Assembly (NCBI GenBank): GCA_036339735.1
Contig: JAYZAL010000066.1
Coordinates: 1 to 64,000 of the forward strand
Source: Candidatus Poribacteria bacterium
Lineage (GTDB): Bacteria > Poribacteria > WGA-4E > UBA9662
Direction: 5' to 3'
DNA: 64,000 nucleotides
Made by a program: the position numbers and the translations under genes. Positions 28,566-39,449 of this stretch are shown here, piece by piece; the stretch's first letter is position 1, and the number at the start of each line of letters is the position of its first letter. The notes beneath the pieces are model-generated. The model searched no databases, was not told the DNA's origin, and was given only the letters and a program-made list of their open reading frames with translations.

Positions 28566-30821
28566 ATGTATCAGGCAAATAAGTCATATTTTTTATTACT
28601 GCTGGTGATTTTATTTTGGCCACTTAATTTGCCAGCCCACAAAACTGGAATCGGTTATCATCAGGTGAAAGCATATCGTGTTAGTCAAGAATCGATCCCG
28701 GTGATTGATGGCCAACTCAACGATCAAGTGTGGAAATTAGCTGAACCAATCAATAATTTTATCCAGATACGTCCAAGTAGAGAGCAACCTGCAACTGAAG
28801 ACACAGAAGTTCGAATTTTGTATGATAAGTATAATTTATACATTGGTGTTCGTTGCTACGATTCTGCGCCAGAAAAAATTGTTAATCGATTAACTCGGCG
28901 AGACCAAATGTGGTCTTCTGATAACATTTCTTTTTTCATTGATCCGTATCACGACCACCGGACTGGTTACAAATTTGCCACTACACCTGCTGGTGTACAA
29001 AATGATGATTACCGTTATGAAGATGTACGAAGAGATAAGAACTGGCGTGGTATTTGGTGGGTGGAAACTAGTATTGACAAACAGGGTTGGGTGGCTGAAC
29101 TCAAGATTCCATTTGCGAACTTCCGATTTAAAGAATCAGATCAGCAGATCTGGGGATTTGATATTGAGCGAGTACACCGAAGAAAAGGTGAAGTTACAGT
29201 TTGGCATCAGCTAACCCAAGCAGGGCCACTTACTAGAATGTCTGATCTGGGACACTTGATCGGTTTAGAAAAAATTCAGGGCGGGAAACAATTCGAAGTC
29301 GCACCTTATCTTTTGGCAGGTGTTACCCGACGAGAGCATCAGTTTACTACCGGTATTGATATACAATACAACTTAGCTGGATCTTTAAAAACAAATCTAA
29401 CACTTAATCCTGATTTTGCCCAAATCGAAGCAGACCAGTTAGAGATTAATTTAAGCCGATATCCAACGCGTTTCCCAGAACGCCGTCCTTTTTTCGTCGA
29501 AGGTAATAGTTTTTTTGATACTCCTTTAGACTTGTTTTTCAGTCGCCGGATCGGTAATCGCGGTGACATTTTGTGGGGGGCGAAAATGACAGGTAAAATC
29601 GGGGCCTATTCCATCGGTGTTCTTAGCAGCCAGACCGGGAATTTTGCGCTATCTAGTATTTCTTCTTTGAATAAAGATAAAGACACTAAGAAAGAGTCAG
29701 CATTCTACTCAGCTATTAGGACCAAACGAGATATCTTGAAACGTTCTAATTTTGGCCTACTAGTAGCGACAAAAGAGGAAGAAAACAGTTATAGTCGAGT
29801 AGGTGGCCTAGATATGAACTTAGCCTTAGGTTCAACTTATCTAATGAGTGGGCAGATTGCACAAAGTTTTAGTACACAACCATCAGTAAGTACTCACCAT
29901 ATTAATTCTGCTACTGAAAACCGAGCTTACATTTTACGAATTAGCCAGCGCAATTACCTGTGGAGTACAGCCCTAACAGCTAAACGTATAGAACCCAATT
30001 TTGAGATTAATCAAACTGGATACCTACGCAAGGAAAACAATCGCGGTTTTCAGGGCCTTTACCTCGATGGCAATTATTTACCATCTGTTGGTTATCATCG
30101 ACTATCTCTTGGCCTTGAAACGGGATTGTACCGCACTTTATACGACGAAAGGTATTTTACCAATTGGGCGACTAATAATCCTCAACTCGATCTTGCTAAG
30201 GATTTTGAAGACGATATCTTAACTTGGGATATTCGTGCCAAATGTGGAATTGATTTTTCTGAATCAGTTTGGGATACGATTGAGGTCTCTTACATGAAGT
30301 ATAAGTCAGTAGAATTAACTGAAATGTATGTTGGCGATCAATTTGGACTTTCTTTAGAGACAAGTAATGCTTATTCAGTAGCTGGCTATGCTGATGTAAT
30401 ATATGGTGATTACTACAATTTTGTGCGTCAGAACGTTGGAATTAAAAAGCAAATTTCATTAGGAACAGTTTGGCGGCCGGTAAGTAATGTGTCTTGTGAA
30501 CTAGATAGCAGCTATGCACAAAGCCTGCAATCAACTGAGAAAATTGACGGCCGTTTTTTTGCAGGTTCGTTCCGTTTAACATATCTATTTCGTCGCAATT
30601 TGTTTGGTCGAATTTTTACTCAAGTAGGACATAATCGGACCAATTACTATCAGATAGAAACAGAGAAAAATTATTTGGTCAGTTTTCTTTTGGGTTGGGA
30701 ATACACGCCTAAAAGCCACCTGTTTCTCGCTTACAATGAAGATTGGAATACTACAGACAAGGTACTAAAGCTCGATAACCGCGTTATTGTAATCAAGCTT
30801 TCTTATTTGTGGAATCTTTGA
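28566..30821 (+). CDS. CBM9/DOMON-like sugar-binding domain plus DUF5916-type outer-membrane barrel
   Basis: Signal peptide; PVIDGQLND.VW, TEVRILYD..NLYIG, GWVAELKIPF, LTLNPDFAQIEAD, FPERRPFFVEG; C-terminal IKLSYLWNL. Confidence 0.85.
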   Translation: MYQANKSYFLLLLVILFWPLNLPAHKTGIGYHQVKAYRVSQESIPVIDGQLNDQVWKLAEPINNFIQIRPSREQPATEDTEVRILYDKYNLYIGVRCYDSAPEKIVNRLTRRDQMWSSDNISFFIDPYHDHRTGYKFATTPAGVQNDDYRYEDVRRDKNWRGIWWVETSIDKQGWVAELKIPFANFRFKESDQQIWGFDIERVHRRKGEVTVWHQLTQAGPLTRMSDLGHLIGLEKIQGGKQFEVAPYLLAGVTRREHQFTTGIDIQYNLAGSLKTNLTLNPDFAQIEADQLEINLSRYPTRFPERRPFFVEGNSFFDTPLDLFFSRRIGNRGDILWGAKMTGKIGAYSIGVLSSQTGNFALSSISSLNKDKDTKKESAFYSAIRTKRDILKRSNFGLLVATKEEENSYSRVGGLDMNLALGSTYLMSGQIAQSFSTQPSVSTHHINSATENRAYILRISQRNYLWSTALTAKRIEPNFEINQTGYLRKENNRGFQGLYLDGNYLPSVGYHRLSLGLETGLYRTLYDERYFTNWATNNPQLDLAKDFEDDILTWDIRAKCGIDFSESVWDTIEVSYMKYKSVELTEMYVGDQFGLSLETSNAYSVAGYADVIYGDYYNFVRQNVGIKKQISLGTVWRPVSNVSCELDSSYAQSLQSTEKIDGRFFAGSFRLTYLFRRNLFGRIFTQVGHNRTNYYQIETEKNYLVSFLLGWEYTPKSHLFLAYNEDWNTTDKVLKLDNRVIVIKLSYLWNL

Positions 30822-31071
30822 CAGGTAATCTTTGGCAAATAAATGCAATGAAAAAATATGACTTCGGCAACCAAAGCCAAATTTTAGGCTTTACATTGCT
30901 TCTCTCAAGCTGTTTTTATCCATTACATTCCTCCTGTTAACAACCAAGCGATCCACAAAGAAATAGTTGTTGTAAAAAACAAAATTAACTGCGTTTTTAG
31001 AAGTATTATAGCTTTTTGGCTGATTTGGACAATATGTGATAGTGTATTTTGGCTTTCATTTACAATGTTGT

Positions 31072-33204
31072 TTATTGACCAGTTGCCCCGATCCCCATCG
31101 TGTCGGAATTATGAGATTCGTCGATGGAATAGCATTCAGGAGCTGTATTTCCAGGCGTTCTAAAAATCCAACCTGAAACAGCGACCTTTGGTACGTTGCG
31201 AAATGTGTCCTTGACAACGAATATTGATGGGACTCGACCAACGGTTCCAATTACCCAAAGATTTTGTTGATTAATATCTAGTATCTGGTGGAATAAACTG
31301 ACATGTTCTACTGGATTAGGAGTCCGTTCGATTTGCTTGTATAAATTCATGCAGTGTAATATTTCTTCTGGTGGTTGAGTTCCTCTTTTACCTGCTGACT
31401 CAAACCAACGCGCATAACCGATTCCTTGAATTGAACCGTTACTGTAAGGAAAAAACCAACGTGGATCCATAACGGGAATGATTTCATCTGCTGCGCCCCA
31501 AACACCTACGTCATATAACATCGCATTTCGGCGCGTGCTGAAAAGTTGTCTCGCCATTACTTTTACTTTAGTCTTTATACCTACATTGGTCCATTGCTGA
31601 GCAACTAGTTGAAACATAGGAATACTAAAGAATACGGAAGCTAATTCAATTGTTAACTCAATTGGTTTACCATCCGAACGAATTCGAATTCCTTTGTGGT
31701 TTTTCCGATCTAACCCCATCTCATCTAGTAGTTGGTTTGCTTTCAGAGAATCGAAACGAATGTAGGCTTTTTCATAATTATTGGAATAAAAGTTTGAAAT
31801 TGCTGGTGGAGACATCTGAGATGGTTGGCCAATACCAAAAAATGCAATCTCGTTTAAAGTATTTCTGTCAATTGCATGAGAAAGAGCGATTCGAAAACGG
31901 CGGTCAGAGAAAATACTCCGAAGTATTGGATCCTTGTGGTTGAGATTTACAGCCAAAGCTTGTCCTCCACTATCAATCCATAACCGAAGACTGAAGTCCC
32001 GGTCCTGACTATTAACCTTAAATTTGGGGTAATTATCAAATTGGAGATGCCGACCTTGCATCCCAACTTCTCCATTCATCGCTTTCAGGTTTATTATCTG
32101 TGCATCGTAGATTTGAAATAGCATTTGGTCTATGTACGGTAACTGATTTCCTACCCCGTCTACTTTCCAGTAATATGGGTTCCTTTCAAACACTATTTGC
32201 TGCGCAGGCGGAGCCACTTTTAAAATCCAAGGCCAAAGGCGCGGTATCTCCGGGTTTTGCCAATCTGCTCGGTCTTCAAACAGCTGATACCAGAAATCAA
32301 ACGATCTTTTCTTGGCCAAATCGGTCAGTTTTTCTACCGACACAAAATCTGGATGAAACTGTTTCAAGTAATGGGCTGGATATTCGACCATCGGATAACT
32401 ACGACCCGAAGCTAATGCTTTCAGAAACAAACCGTAGGGACTGACAAACTTGAAACGAACTATATGGTCGGCTACTTTTTCCACTATCATCGGCACACCA
32501 TCTCTCTGGAATTCACGCGGGGTGGTGGGTGTTAGTTGTGGATTCTGAATCACGTGGTTATACCAAAACAGAATATCATCAACTGAGAACAGTCTACCGT
32601 CCGACCAGTGCACCTCCTGCCTCAGCCAAAATGTATAGGTCCTCCCCTGGTCACTGACTTTCCACTTGACAGCCAAGTTGGGCAAAATTTGTTGGGCCAT
32701 CGGTCCCCAGCGAACCAGTCCATCATAGGCTAGTCGAGCCCGAAAAATACCAACATCCGGTGCGCTGGTACCATATCTTTGCCATTGACCACCGTAAGGA
32801 CCATTTTGATCAGGCGGATAGATCACCAGTGGATTAAGAGGTAACCGCTCGGCAACCGGAGGTAGCGAAAGTTGATCCAGCATTGGTGCTTGCCTAAAAT
32901 GGCGATTTTGTTCCCATTCACCGACAGTATGAACACCATCTTTCATTTGCTCAAATTTGTCTTTGGTCAAGGGTTCGAAATCTGAGCTAGTCGGACTAGA
33001 CAGTGCAGAAGACTGTAGATTAGTATCAAGAATCTCAGAGAAAGAGTCTAGGTCTTGTTTTTGCCCCCAGTGGGCCAAATGCCAAGTGATTCGAGCTAAG
33101 AAAAAGACCATCAGGAAAAGAAAGGAAGAGATAACAAGCAAACGCCAGCCAATAGACTGGAAGGCGGCGGCAAATTTTCGGATGGAATCAGACAAGGAAC
33201 TCAC
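31072..33204 (-). CDS. ABC transporter substrate-binding protein, family 5 (DppA/OppA-like), with N-terminal membrane anchor
   Basis: QAPML..LPPVAERLP, PNLAVKW..SDQGRTYTFWLR..WSDG, ERNPYYWKVD..GNQLPYID, FRIALSHAIDR. Confidence 0.9.
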   Translation of the reverse strand: MSSLSDSIRKFAAAFQSIGWRLLVISSFLFLMVFFLARITWHLAHWGQKQDLDSFSEILDTNLQSSALSSPTSSDFEPLTKDKFEQMKDGVHTVGEWEQNRHFRQAPMLDQLSLPPVAERLPLNPLVIYPPDQNGPYGGQWQRYGTSAPDVGIFRARLAYDGLVRWGPMAQQILPNLAVKWKVSDQGRTYTFWLRQEVHWSDGRLFSVDDILFWYNHVIQNPQLTPTTPREFQRDGVPMIVEKVADHIVRFKFVSPYGLFLKALASGRSYPMVEYPAHYLKQFHPDFVSVEKLTDLAKKRSFDFWYQLFEDRADWQNPEIPRLWPWILKVAPPAQQIVFERNPYYWKVDGVGNQLPYIDQMLFQIYDAQIINLKAMNGEVGMQGRHLQFDNYPKFKVNSQDRDFSLRLWIDSGGQALAVNLNHKDPILRSIFSDRRFRIALSHAIDRNTLNEIAFFGIGQPSQMSPPAISNFYSNNYEKAYIRFDSLKANQLLDEMGLDRKNHKGIRIRSDGKPIELTIELASVFFSIPMFQLVAQQWTNVGIKTKVKVMARQLFSTRRNAMLYDVGVWGAADEIIPVMDPRWFFPYSNGSIQGIGYARWFESAGKRGTQPPEEILHCMNLYKQIERTPNPVEHVSLFHQILDINQQNLWVIGTVGRVPSIFVVKDTFRNVPKVAVSGWIFRTPGNTAPECYSIDESHNSDTMGIGATGQ

Positions 33205-33428
33205 TCATTAGAACAGGAGTAGAGGGGCAAAATACAGCGATCAAATAAGCAGATCGGTCAACCTTCATGTCCAGTATAACACTCTGTTCAAAGAACAACA
33301 ATGAGAAAGAACAATTTTTAAAAGGAGTTCATGATTAGTCAAGTTTAGCCTGAGTATTGACTTTGTTAATAATTTTTGCTATTTTAAGCTTTGTTCGTGA
33401 CGTGAATTCTAAGGAGAGACTAAATCTG

Positions 33429-33995
33429 ATGGAAAAATATATCCGGTGCTTGATGACGGTAGCACTAATTACCTCGGTTCTGAGCGGTTGCCTTATATTT
33501 CCCGGAGGTGGCCGCAGTAGAGAGAAGGTTGTTGTGTTGGAAACTAACAAAGGACTCATCATAGTGGAGCTTTACCCTCAAGCAGCCCCTAAAACAGTTG
33601 ATAACTTTAAAACCCTTATACAACAAGGGTTCTATGATGGTCTGAGTTTTCATCGTTATGTAGAAGGTTTTGTAATTCAAGGTGGTTGTCCACGGGGAGA
33701 CGGTACTGGAGACCCTGGCTGGTCAATTGAAGGTGAATTTCAAGATCCTGCACTACAAGCCAAGATGCCGCCGCATATCCAAGGTGTAGTATCGATGGCT
33801 CGTAGTAATGATCCGGATTCTGCGGGTAGCCAGTTTTACATCTGTTTGGACACTGCTAGCCACCTTGACGGAAATTACACATCTTTTGGCCGAGTAATTT
33901 CAGGGACTGATGTCGTGATGAAACTGAGAAAAGGGGACATCATGCATTCTGTCCGTTTGGAGGCTAAGAAAAATTATGTTGAGGATTCATCTTGA
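33429..33995 (+). CDS. Cyclophilin-type peptidyl-prolyl isomerase, lipoprotein
   Basis: AAGGAG Shine-Dalgarno before ATG 33429; lipobox VLSGC; APKTVDNF, FHRYVEGFVIQGG, SMAR, SAGSQFYI, LDGNYTSFG. Confidence 0.93.
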   Translation: MEKYIRCLMTVALITSVLSGCLIFPGGGRSREKVVVLETNKGLIIVELYPQAAPKTVDNFKTLIQQGFYDGLSFHRYVEGFVIQGGCPRGDGTGDPGWSIEGEFQDPALQAKMPPHIQGVVSMARSNDPDSAGSQFYICLDTASHLDGNYTSFGRVISGTDVVMKLRKGDIMHSVRLEAKKNYVEDSS

Positions 33996-34563
33996 TTCGA
34001 CTCTAAAAACTATCGTTCTAATATGGTCATTCTTGGTTGCTTGTTTGTTGGGTTGTGACTCTCCGGATTCCACACCACCTAAGCCTAGACCAACCCCAAA
34101 GGGTATGGCCGGAAAAGTCAAAGAAAAATCTCAAATTGATCTTGGGAGTAGCATCGTTGTCTTGAAAACGGAGAAAGGAGACATTGAAATCGAGCTTTTT
34201 GCAAAGATCGCACCAAAAACTGTAGCCAACTTCGCTAGTAAAATTGGCGGTAAACTCTACGACAATACGAGCTTTCATCGTGTAGAAAAGGAGAGTCTAA
34301 TTCAGGCGAGCTCACGCTTTCAAGCTTTAGAGACAATACCACTTGAAATTAGTGATCGCAAACACGTAAGAGGTACAGTGGCGATGGCCAAAGAAGAAGG
34401 GGCTACTGTATCTGATGCCTCCGATTTTTATATTTGTCTAAGAGATTTTCCTGACTTAGATGGGAATTATACAGTCTTTGGTCAAGTGACTAAAGGTATG
34501 GCGGTAGCTGACCGAATCATAAAAGGGGATAAAATTACCACGACGACCATTCAAGCAAACTAA
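33976..34563 (+). CDS. Second, divergent cyclophilin-type PPIase, probable lipoprotein
   Basis: Lipobox-like LLGC; APKTVANF, FHRV, VAMAK, FYICL, LDGNYTVFG. Confidence 0.85.
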   Translation: MLRIHLDSTLKTIVLIWSFLVACLLGCDSPDSTPPKPRPTPKGMAGKVKEKSQIDLGSSIVVLKTEKGDIEIELFAKIAPKTVANFASKIGGKLYDNTSFHRVEKESLIQASSRFQALETIPLEISDRKHVRGTVAMAKEEGATVSDASDFYICLRDFPDLDGNYTVFGQVTKGMAVADRIIKGDKITTTTIQAN

Positions 34564-34587
34564 AAGGATATATCTAAATCTCGTACC

Positions 34588-34630
34588 AAAAGCCACGATG
34601 TAGATGATTATTAAGCACATCGTGGCTTTT
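34588..34630 (+). terminator. Terminator-like inverted repeat after the cyclophilin pair
   Basis: Perfect 14-bp stem AAAAGCCACGATGT / ACATCGTGGCTTTT with a 15-nt loop. Confidence 0.75.
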
Positions 34631-35074
34631 AGTGTCTATCTTGCAGATAGTATTACGTTGTGATATCATTCCGGCCGGATTCAATATGGTTGTTTTTTGT
34701 TTTCTACGTTTTTCATTTTCTTTGTGAGATTTTCGATCGAGTTAAATACCTTAATCAATCGTATATTTTTTCTCCTCGCCACTTTATTTGTACTAAACAG
34801 CGGGCCGTGATTGCGTTTTTACTTTGGGACTTGTTAAATATAATTCGGGCAGAAACTGTTTAATTATATAATAGATGTTTGTGCCTAGCGGAAGAGGTAA
34901 TAACCAATTTGGTTTCTAAACTTGTCGACGGAGTAAAAGCCTAGTTAACCTTGATGGTATTCGTGGGTTGAATAACTTGGTCAAGTTCGTGCTCGCTAAA
35001 CACTCCGAGTCTCGGCCTCATTTTCGATTGAATATTATATACCATCCAACTGTATTCCAATTTTATTTCAATAC

Positions 35075-35890
35075 GTGCGGTCGCAACAGATTGTGTTGAA
35101 TGATTTTTGGTTTAGGAAATCTTCTTTGATTACTAACCTGTCAATGCATCTGATTTGTATATTCGTATTCTTTCTCAATCCACCCATCATCTCTTCAGCT
35201 AAACAGATTAGCTTAAAAAGTCTAGCTAATGAAAGAACTCCCCATCTGGGAGGGAAATTGACATATTCCATTAAGCTGGCTGGTGTCAGAGCTGGGACAC
35301 AAACAATCACAATTGGGCAAGAAACCGAATGGAAAGGGAAAAAAGTGTATCCTCTAACTTCTGTTGAAACCTCAACGGGCCTAGTTGAGAGGTTTTACCG
35401 ATTTCGGGCTGATCGCTTGACCTATATCGACACCAACCATCTCGGTCCTATTTTTCATCGTCGCTCAATAGAAGATAGAAAATACCATGCTACTGTCGAA
35501 GTCTACTATGACTACCAAGATCAAACAGTTACTCATAATAAAAATGGAAAAATCACAAAAGCCGTTCTAATTGAAGGCTGCCAAGATGAGCTTTCATGGA
35601 TTTATTTCTTATGTCACCACCCTTTGGAAATAGGGGGCAGTTATGATTTTCCTTTATTAAGCAAGTCGAGTATACATAAGGCTACATTCAAAGTAACCAA
35701 AGAAACGATTAAATGCAGGTTATTGGGAAAAATTGGAACCTTAGTAATAACCTCGGAATCAACACGACGCAAAATATGGTTATCCGATGATAATCGCCGT
35801 ATACCGGTTCGGATCGAAGCCAAAGTTAAAGTTGGCCGTCTGGTGGCAACTTTACGTAAAATTGAACCATTAACTCAAAGAAATCAGTAA
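35075..35890 (+). CDS. DUF3108-like exported beta-rich protein
   Basis: Signal-like N-terminus; GGKLTYSI, QDELSWIYF, IWLSDDNRRIPVRIEAKVKVG..ATL. Exact start uncertain. Confidence 0.75.
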   Translation: MRSQQIVLNDFWFRKSSLITNLSMHLICIFVFFLNPPIISSAKQISLKSLANERTPHLGGKLTYSIKLAGVRAGTQTITIGQETEWKGKKVYPLTSVETSTGLVERFYRFRADRLTYIDTNHLGPIFHRRSIEDRKYHATVEVYYDYQDQTVTHNKNGKITKAVLIEGCQDELSWIYFLCHHPLEIGGSYDFPLLSKSSIHKATFKVTKETIKCRLLGKIGTLVITSESTRRKIWLSDDNRRIPVRIEAKVKVGRLVATLRKIEPLTQRNQ

Positions 35891-35893
35891 TTT

Positions 35894-38800
35894 ATGCGCA
35901 ATCTCGTTACTAACAGTCAACCGTATGTCAATTTTCTTGCTCATTTTGGATCGATTGATAGAAATCAGTTCTGGCTAAAAGGGTTACACGGGTCTTCCTT
36001 AAGTTTCTTCATTCAGGCCTTGGTCTCCGATCAGCCTAATAGTCCTCTTTTGGTAGTATTGCCGTCTCAAAAGGAAGCTGAAGAACTTATTTTCGACTTG
36101 GCATCTGTTTTAGTCGACAAACCGCTTTTATTTCCACAGTGGCCAAATTTCGTTTTTGATTGGATTTCACCTCCTAAGAAAGTTGTCACCGATCGCTTGC
36201 TGTGTCTCCAACAGTTACTGAAGTACTCAAGTGATTCTCCGCTAGTAGTAGTGACTTCCATTCATGCACTAACGCAGCAGATCACTCCCAAATCCTTACT
36301 AGCTCAATCATTTCGAAGGATCGTAAGAGGAGATGAAATCAAACCTCAACAAATAATCAGTAACCTTCTTGATTGGGGATATCGCCCGTCGGACATGGTC
36401 GAAATCAAGGGGACTTTTTCTTTCAGAGGTAATATTTTAGATCTATATCCACTAATAAGTCATTATCCCATCAGATTAGATTTCTTTGGAGATGAAATCG
36501 ATTCAATTCGTACCTTCGATATCAGCAACCAAAGATCAGTTGAAATGTTGGAATACGCCCAAATTAGCCCAGCTAGTGAAGTCATCTTCACTCCCGAAAT
36601 CGTCGATAATTGGCGTGATTATGCACAAAAGACCGAAGCTCTCCATTTTTCACCTCCATATTTGAATACTATAAAAGAAATAACTGAACGAATTGAAGGT
36701 TGGCAAAATTATGGTCAATCTTCAGAAGTACTGGATGGAATTGAGGCTATTCATTCAAAATTGTATACAAATACCAACTACTTGCACAGTTATTTACCTG
36801 CCGAATCTTCTGTTCTTTTAGTTGAACAAAATTGGTTAGCTCATGAAGCAAAGCAAACAATTGATAGGTTAAAAGAAGTCTTCCAGAAAAAACAGGAACA
36901 AGATAATTTTATGGTTGATCCGAATGAGGTGTTCAACACTTATCAAAAAACCCTGATTGAGCTAAAAGATTTTAATTTGATTCGTACAGCAACAACACCT
37001 CCAACCGATGGGTTAGCTGGTGAATTAGAAATTCTAAATTATAATTTTACACCTCTTGACCTTCACAAAGGGAACTATCAGGAAAATATCGACCGGTTAA
37101 GGAATTGGACCGAACAAGGTTTTCAAATTGACATTTATTGTGAAAATGAGCCCTCTATCAAACGAATGAAACGGATTTTGGACGATCGAGATTTGCCTTG
37201 GGCCGGGATTCAACTAGAAGTTGGCAGTCTGGGACGTGGATTTGTTAGTTTGGATCAAAAGTGGATCGTAATCTCTGACCATGAGCTTTTCGATCAACCA
37301 CGTAACCCCGTTCAGCGGCAACCGAAAAAATCTAAATCTCATGCTGGAGCTCCAATTCTTAGCATGATTGATTTACACGTTGGTGATTATGTTGTTCATG
37401 TGTCTCATGGCATAGGTCACTACCAAGGCATCCAAAGAATAGAAGTAGATGGTAAATATCAAGATTTTCTACATCTAAAATATAAAGATGGAGACACACT
37501 ATATGTTCCGACTTATCAGATTGATTTAGTCCAAAAATATATTGGTGGACGAGACGAAGACTATAAACCTCGAATCGATAGGCTTGGCGGAAAAGGTTGG
37601 CGACGTACGAAAGCTAAAGCTAAGGCTTCCATCGAGAAGATGGCCGAAGAATTATTGCAGTTGTATGCTGAGAGGGAAAGCTCATCGGGTTTTTCTTTTC
37701 CTGGTGATTCTCCTTGGCAACAAGAGTTTGAGGCTCTATTCCCTTACCAAGAGACCGAAGATCAACAATCAGCTATTGACGATGTAAAAGTTGATATGGA
37801 ACGTTCACAACCAATGGATCGCCTTATTTGTGGTGATGTTGGTTATGGGAAAACCGAAGTTGCTATGCGAGCTGCATTCAAATCTGCTGCTGCCGGTAAA
37901 CAAGTGGCAGTATTAGTTCCAACTACTGTTCTTTGTTTACAACACTTCACAACTTTCCAGAAAAGATTCCAGGATTTTCCGATCAACATCGAAATGTTGA
38001 GTCGATTGCGTACAGATAAACAAAGCAAAACAATAAAATCTAACTTAGAAAAAGGATCTATCGATATTATTGTCGGCACTCATAGTCTATTGGCTAAATC
38101 AATTAATTTTCATGATTTAGGTTTGTTAATTGTGGATGAAGAACATCGGTTTGGTGTAAAACACAAAGAGAAAATCAAACAATTAAAATCTACAGTTGAT
38201 GTTTTGACTCTGACTGCAACTCCTATTCCTCGGACACTAAATATGTCGATGGTGGGAATGCGTGATCTTAGCCTGATTAACACACCCCCTGAAAGTCGTT
38301 TGCCAATTGAAACTTATGTGATGGAGTATAACTCAGATATTATTAGAGACAGCATTCTTAAAGAAATTAGTAGAGGTGGACAGGTCTTTTTTGTACATAA
38401 TCGAGTTCAAAGTATTTTGAGTATCGCTGCAACAGTTAAAAAGTTAGTACCGCAGGCTAGGTGTGCTGTCGGTCACGGCCAGATGCCTGAAAGGCAGTTA
38501 GAACAGGTGATTTTGGATTTTATGGATCACCAATATGATGTGTTAATTTGTACAACGATTATAGAGTCTGGTATTGATATTCCTAATGTCAACACGATTC
38601 TTATTAATCGAGCTGATGCACTGGGGTTAGCTCAATTGTACCAGCTAAGGGGCCGTGTTGGTCGCGATAGATTTCAAGCATACGGTTACCTATTTTATTC
38701 TGTAGATCGGGCTATTACTGAAGGTGCTCAAAAGCGCCTTAGGGTAATCGAAGAGTTTACAGATCTAGGGTCCGGTTTCAAAATTGCTTTACGAGATTTG

Positions 38801-39373
38801 GAAATTCGTGGCGCTGGTGATATTCTCGGACAAGAACAGCATGGACATATTGCATCTGTTGGTTATGATCTATATTGCCGGATGCTAGATGATGCGGTAA
38901 AAAAACTAAAAGGTGAAAAAGTCTCTGAAGATCTGGAGACGAAAATTAACCTCCCCATAGAAGCTTATCTGCCGGATAATTATGTCCCCGATAGTCGTCA
39001 AAAGGTGTCGCTTTACAAGAAAATTGCTAGCGCAAAAAACGAAGCTGATTTCAGCGAATTAAAAACGGAAATGAAAGACCGGTTCGGTTCCGTACCTGAA
39101 CCTGTTGACATGTTATTGCAAATGTCATTTCTCAAATGGAAATGTCAGCAAATGGGCATTGACAAAATAACTTCAACGAGAGAAAATATAAGGATTTTAT
39201 TTAATCCTGACAGGATTGAATTTGATCCTTCGAATATTATTACGCTAATTAAGAAAGATCAACGACTAGGATTAGAGCCACCAGCACAATTGACGGTTAA
39301 CACAGAAGGTTTGACAGGAAAAAACTTGCTGGTTACCGTTCAATCTTTGTTGGACAAAATTAGGGGAATTTAG
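35894..39373 (+). CDS. mfd: Transcription-repair coupling factor
   Basis: GDYVVHVSHGIG (RID), MDRLICGDVGYGKTEVAMRAAF, IVDEEHRFGV, TATPIPRTL, QLYQLRGRVGR, DLEIRGAG; C-terminal TRCF domain. Confidence 0.98.
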   Translation: MRNLVTNSQPYVNFLAHFGSIDRNQFWLKGLHGSSLSFFIQALVSDQPNSPLLVVLPSQKEAEELIFDLASVLVDKPLLFPQWPNFVFDWISPPKKVVTDRLLCLQQLLKYSSDSPLVVVTSIHALTQQITPKSLLAQSFRRIVRGDEIKPQQIISNLLDWGYRPSDMVEIKGTFSFRGNILDLYPLISHYPIRLDFFGDEIDSIRTFDISNQRSVEMLEYAQISPASEVIFTPEIVDNWRDYAQKTEALHFSPPYLNTIKEITERIEGWQNYGQSSEVLDGIEAIHSKLYTNTNYLHSYLPAESSVLLVEQNWLAHEAKQTIDRLKEVFQKKQEQDNFMVDPNEVFNTYQKTLIELKDFNLIRTATTPPTDGLAGELEILNYNFTPLDLHKGNYQENIDRLRNWTEQGFQIDIYCENEPSIKRMKRILDDRDLPWAGIQLEVGSLGRGFVSLDQKWIVISDHELFDQPRNPVQRQPKKSKSHAGAPILSMIDLHVGDYVVHVSHGIGHYQGIQRIEVDGKYQDFLHLKYKDGDTLYVPTYQIDLVQKYIGGRDEDYKPRIDRLGGKGWRRTKAKAKASIEKMAEELLQLYAERESSSGFSFPGDSPWQQEFEALFPYQETEDQQSAIDDVKVDMERSQPMDRLICGDVGYGKTEVAMRAAFKSAAAGKQVAVLVPTTVLCLQHFTTFQKRFQDFPINIEMLSRLRTDKQSKTIKSNLEKGSIDIIVGTHSLLAKSINFHDLGLLIVDEEHRFGVKHKEKIKQLKSTVDVLTLTATPIPRTLNMSMVGMRDLSLINTPPESRLPIETYVMEYNSDIIRDSILKEISRGGQVFFVHNRVQSILSIAATVKKLVPQARCAVGHGQMPERQLEQVILDFMDHQYDVLICTTIIESGIDIPNVNTILINRADALGLAQLYQLRGRVGRDRFQAYGYLFYSVDRAITEGAQKRLRVIEEFTDLGSGFKIALRDLEIRGAGDILGQEQHGHIASVGYDLYCRMLDDAVKKLKGEKVSEDLETKINLPIEAYLPDNYVPDSRQKVSLYKKIASAKNEADFSELKTEMKDRFGSVPEPVDMLLQMSFLKWKCQQMGIDKITSTRENIRILFNPDRIEFDPSNIITLIKKDQRLGLEPPAQLTVNTEGLTGKNLLVTVQSLLDKIRGI

Positions 39374-39449
39374 GTGAAATAGTAAACCTACTGTGGTTGG
39401 AGCCTGAACTATCTTATTCTGTTCAATCTAGAATTAAAGGAGAAATTGT

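Noticed and set aside
34660-34863. 67-aa ORF in the gap before the DUF3108-like gene
   Set aside because: T-rich, no Shine-Dalgarno or motif; probably non-coding promoter region.
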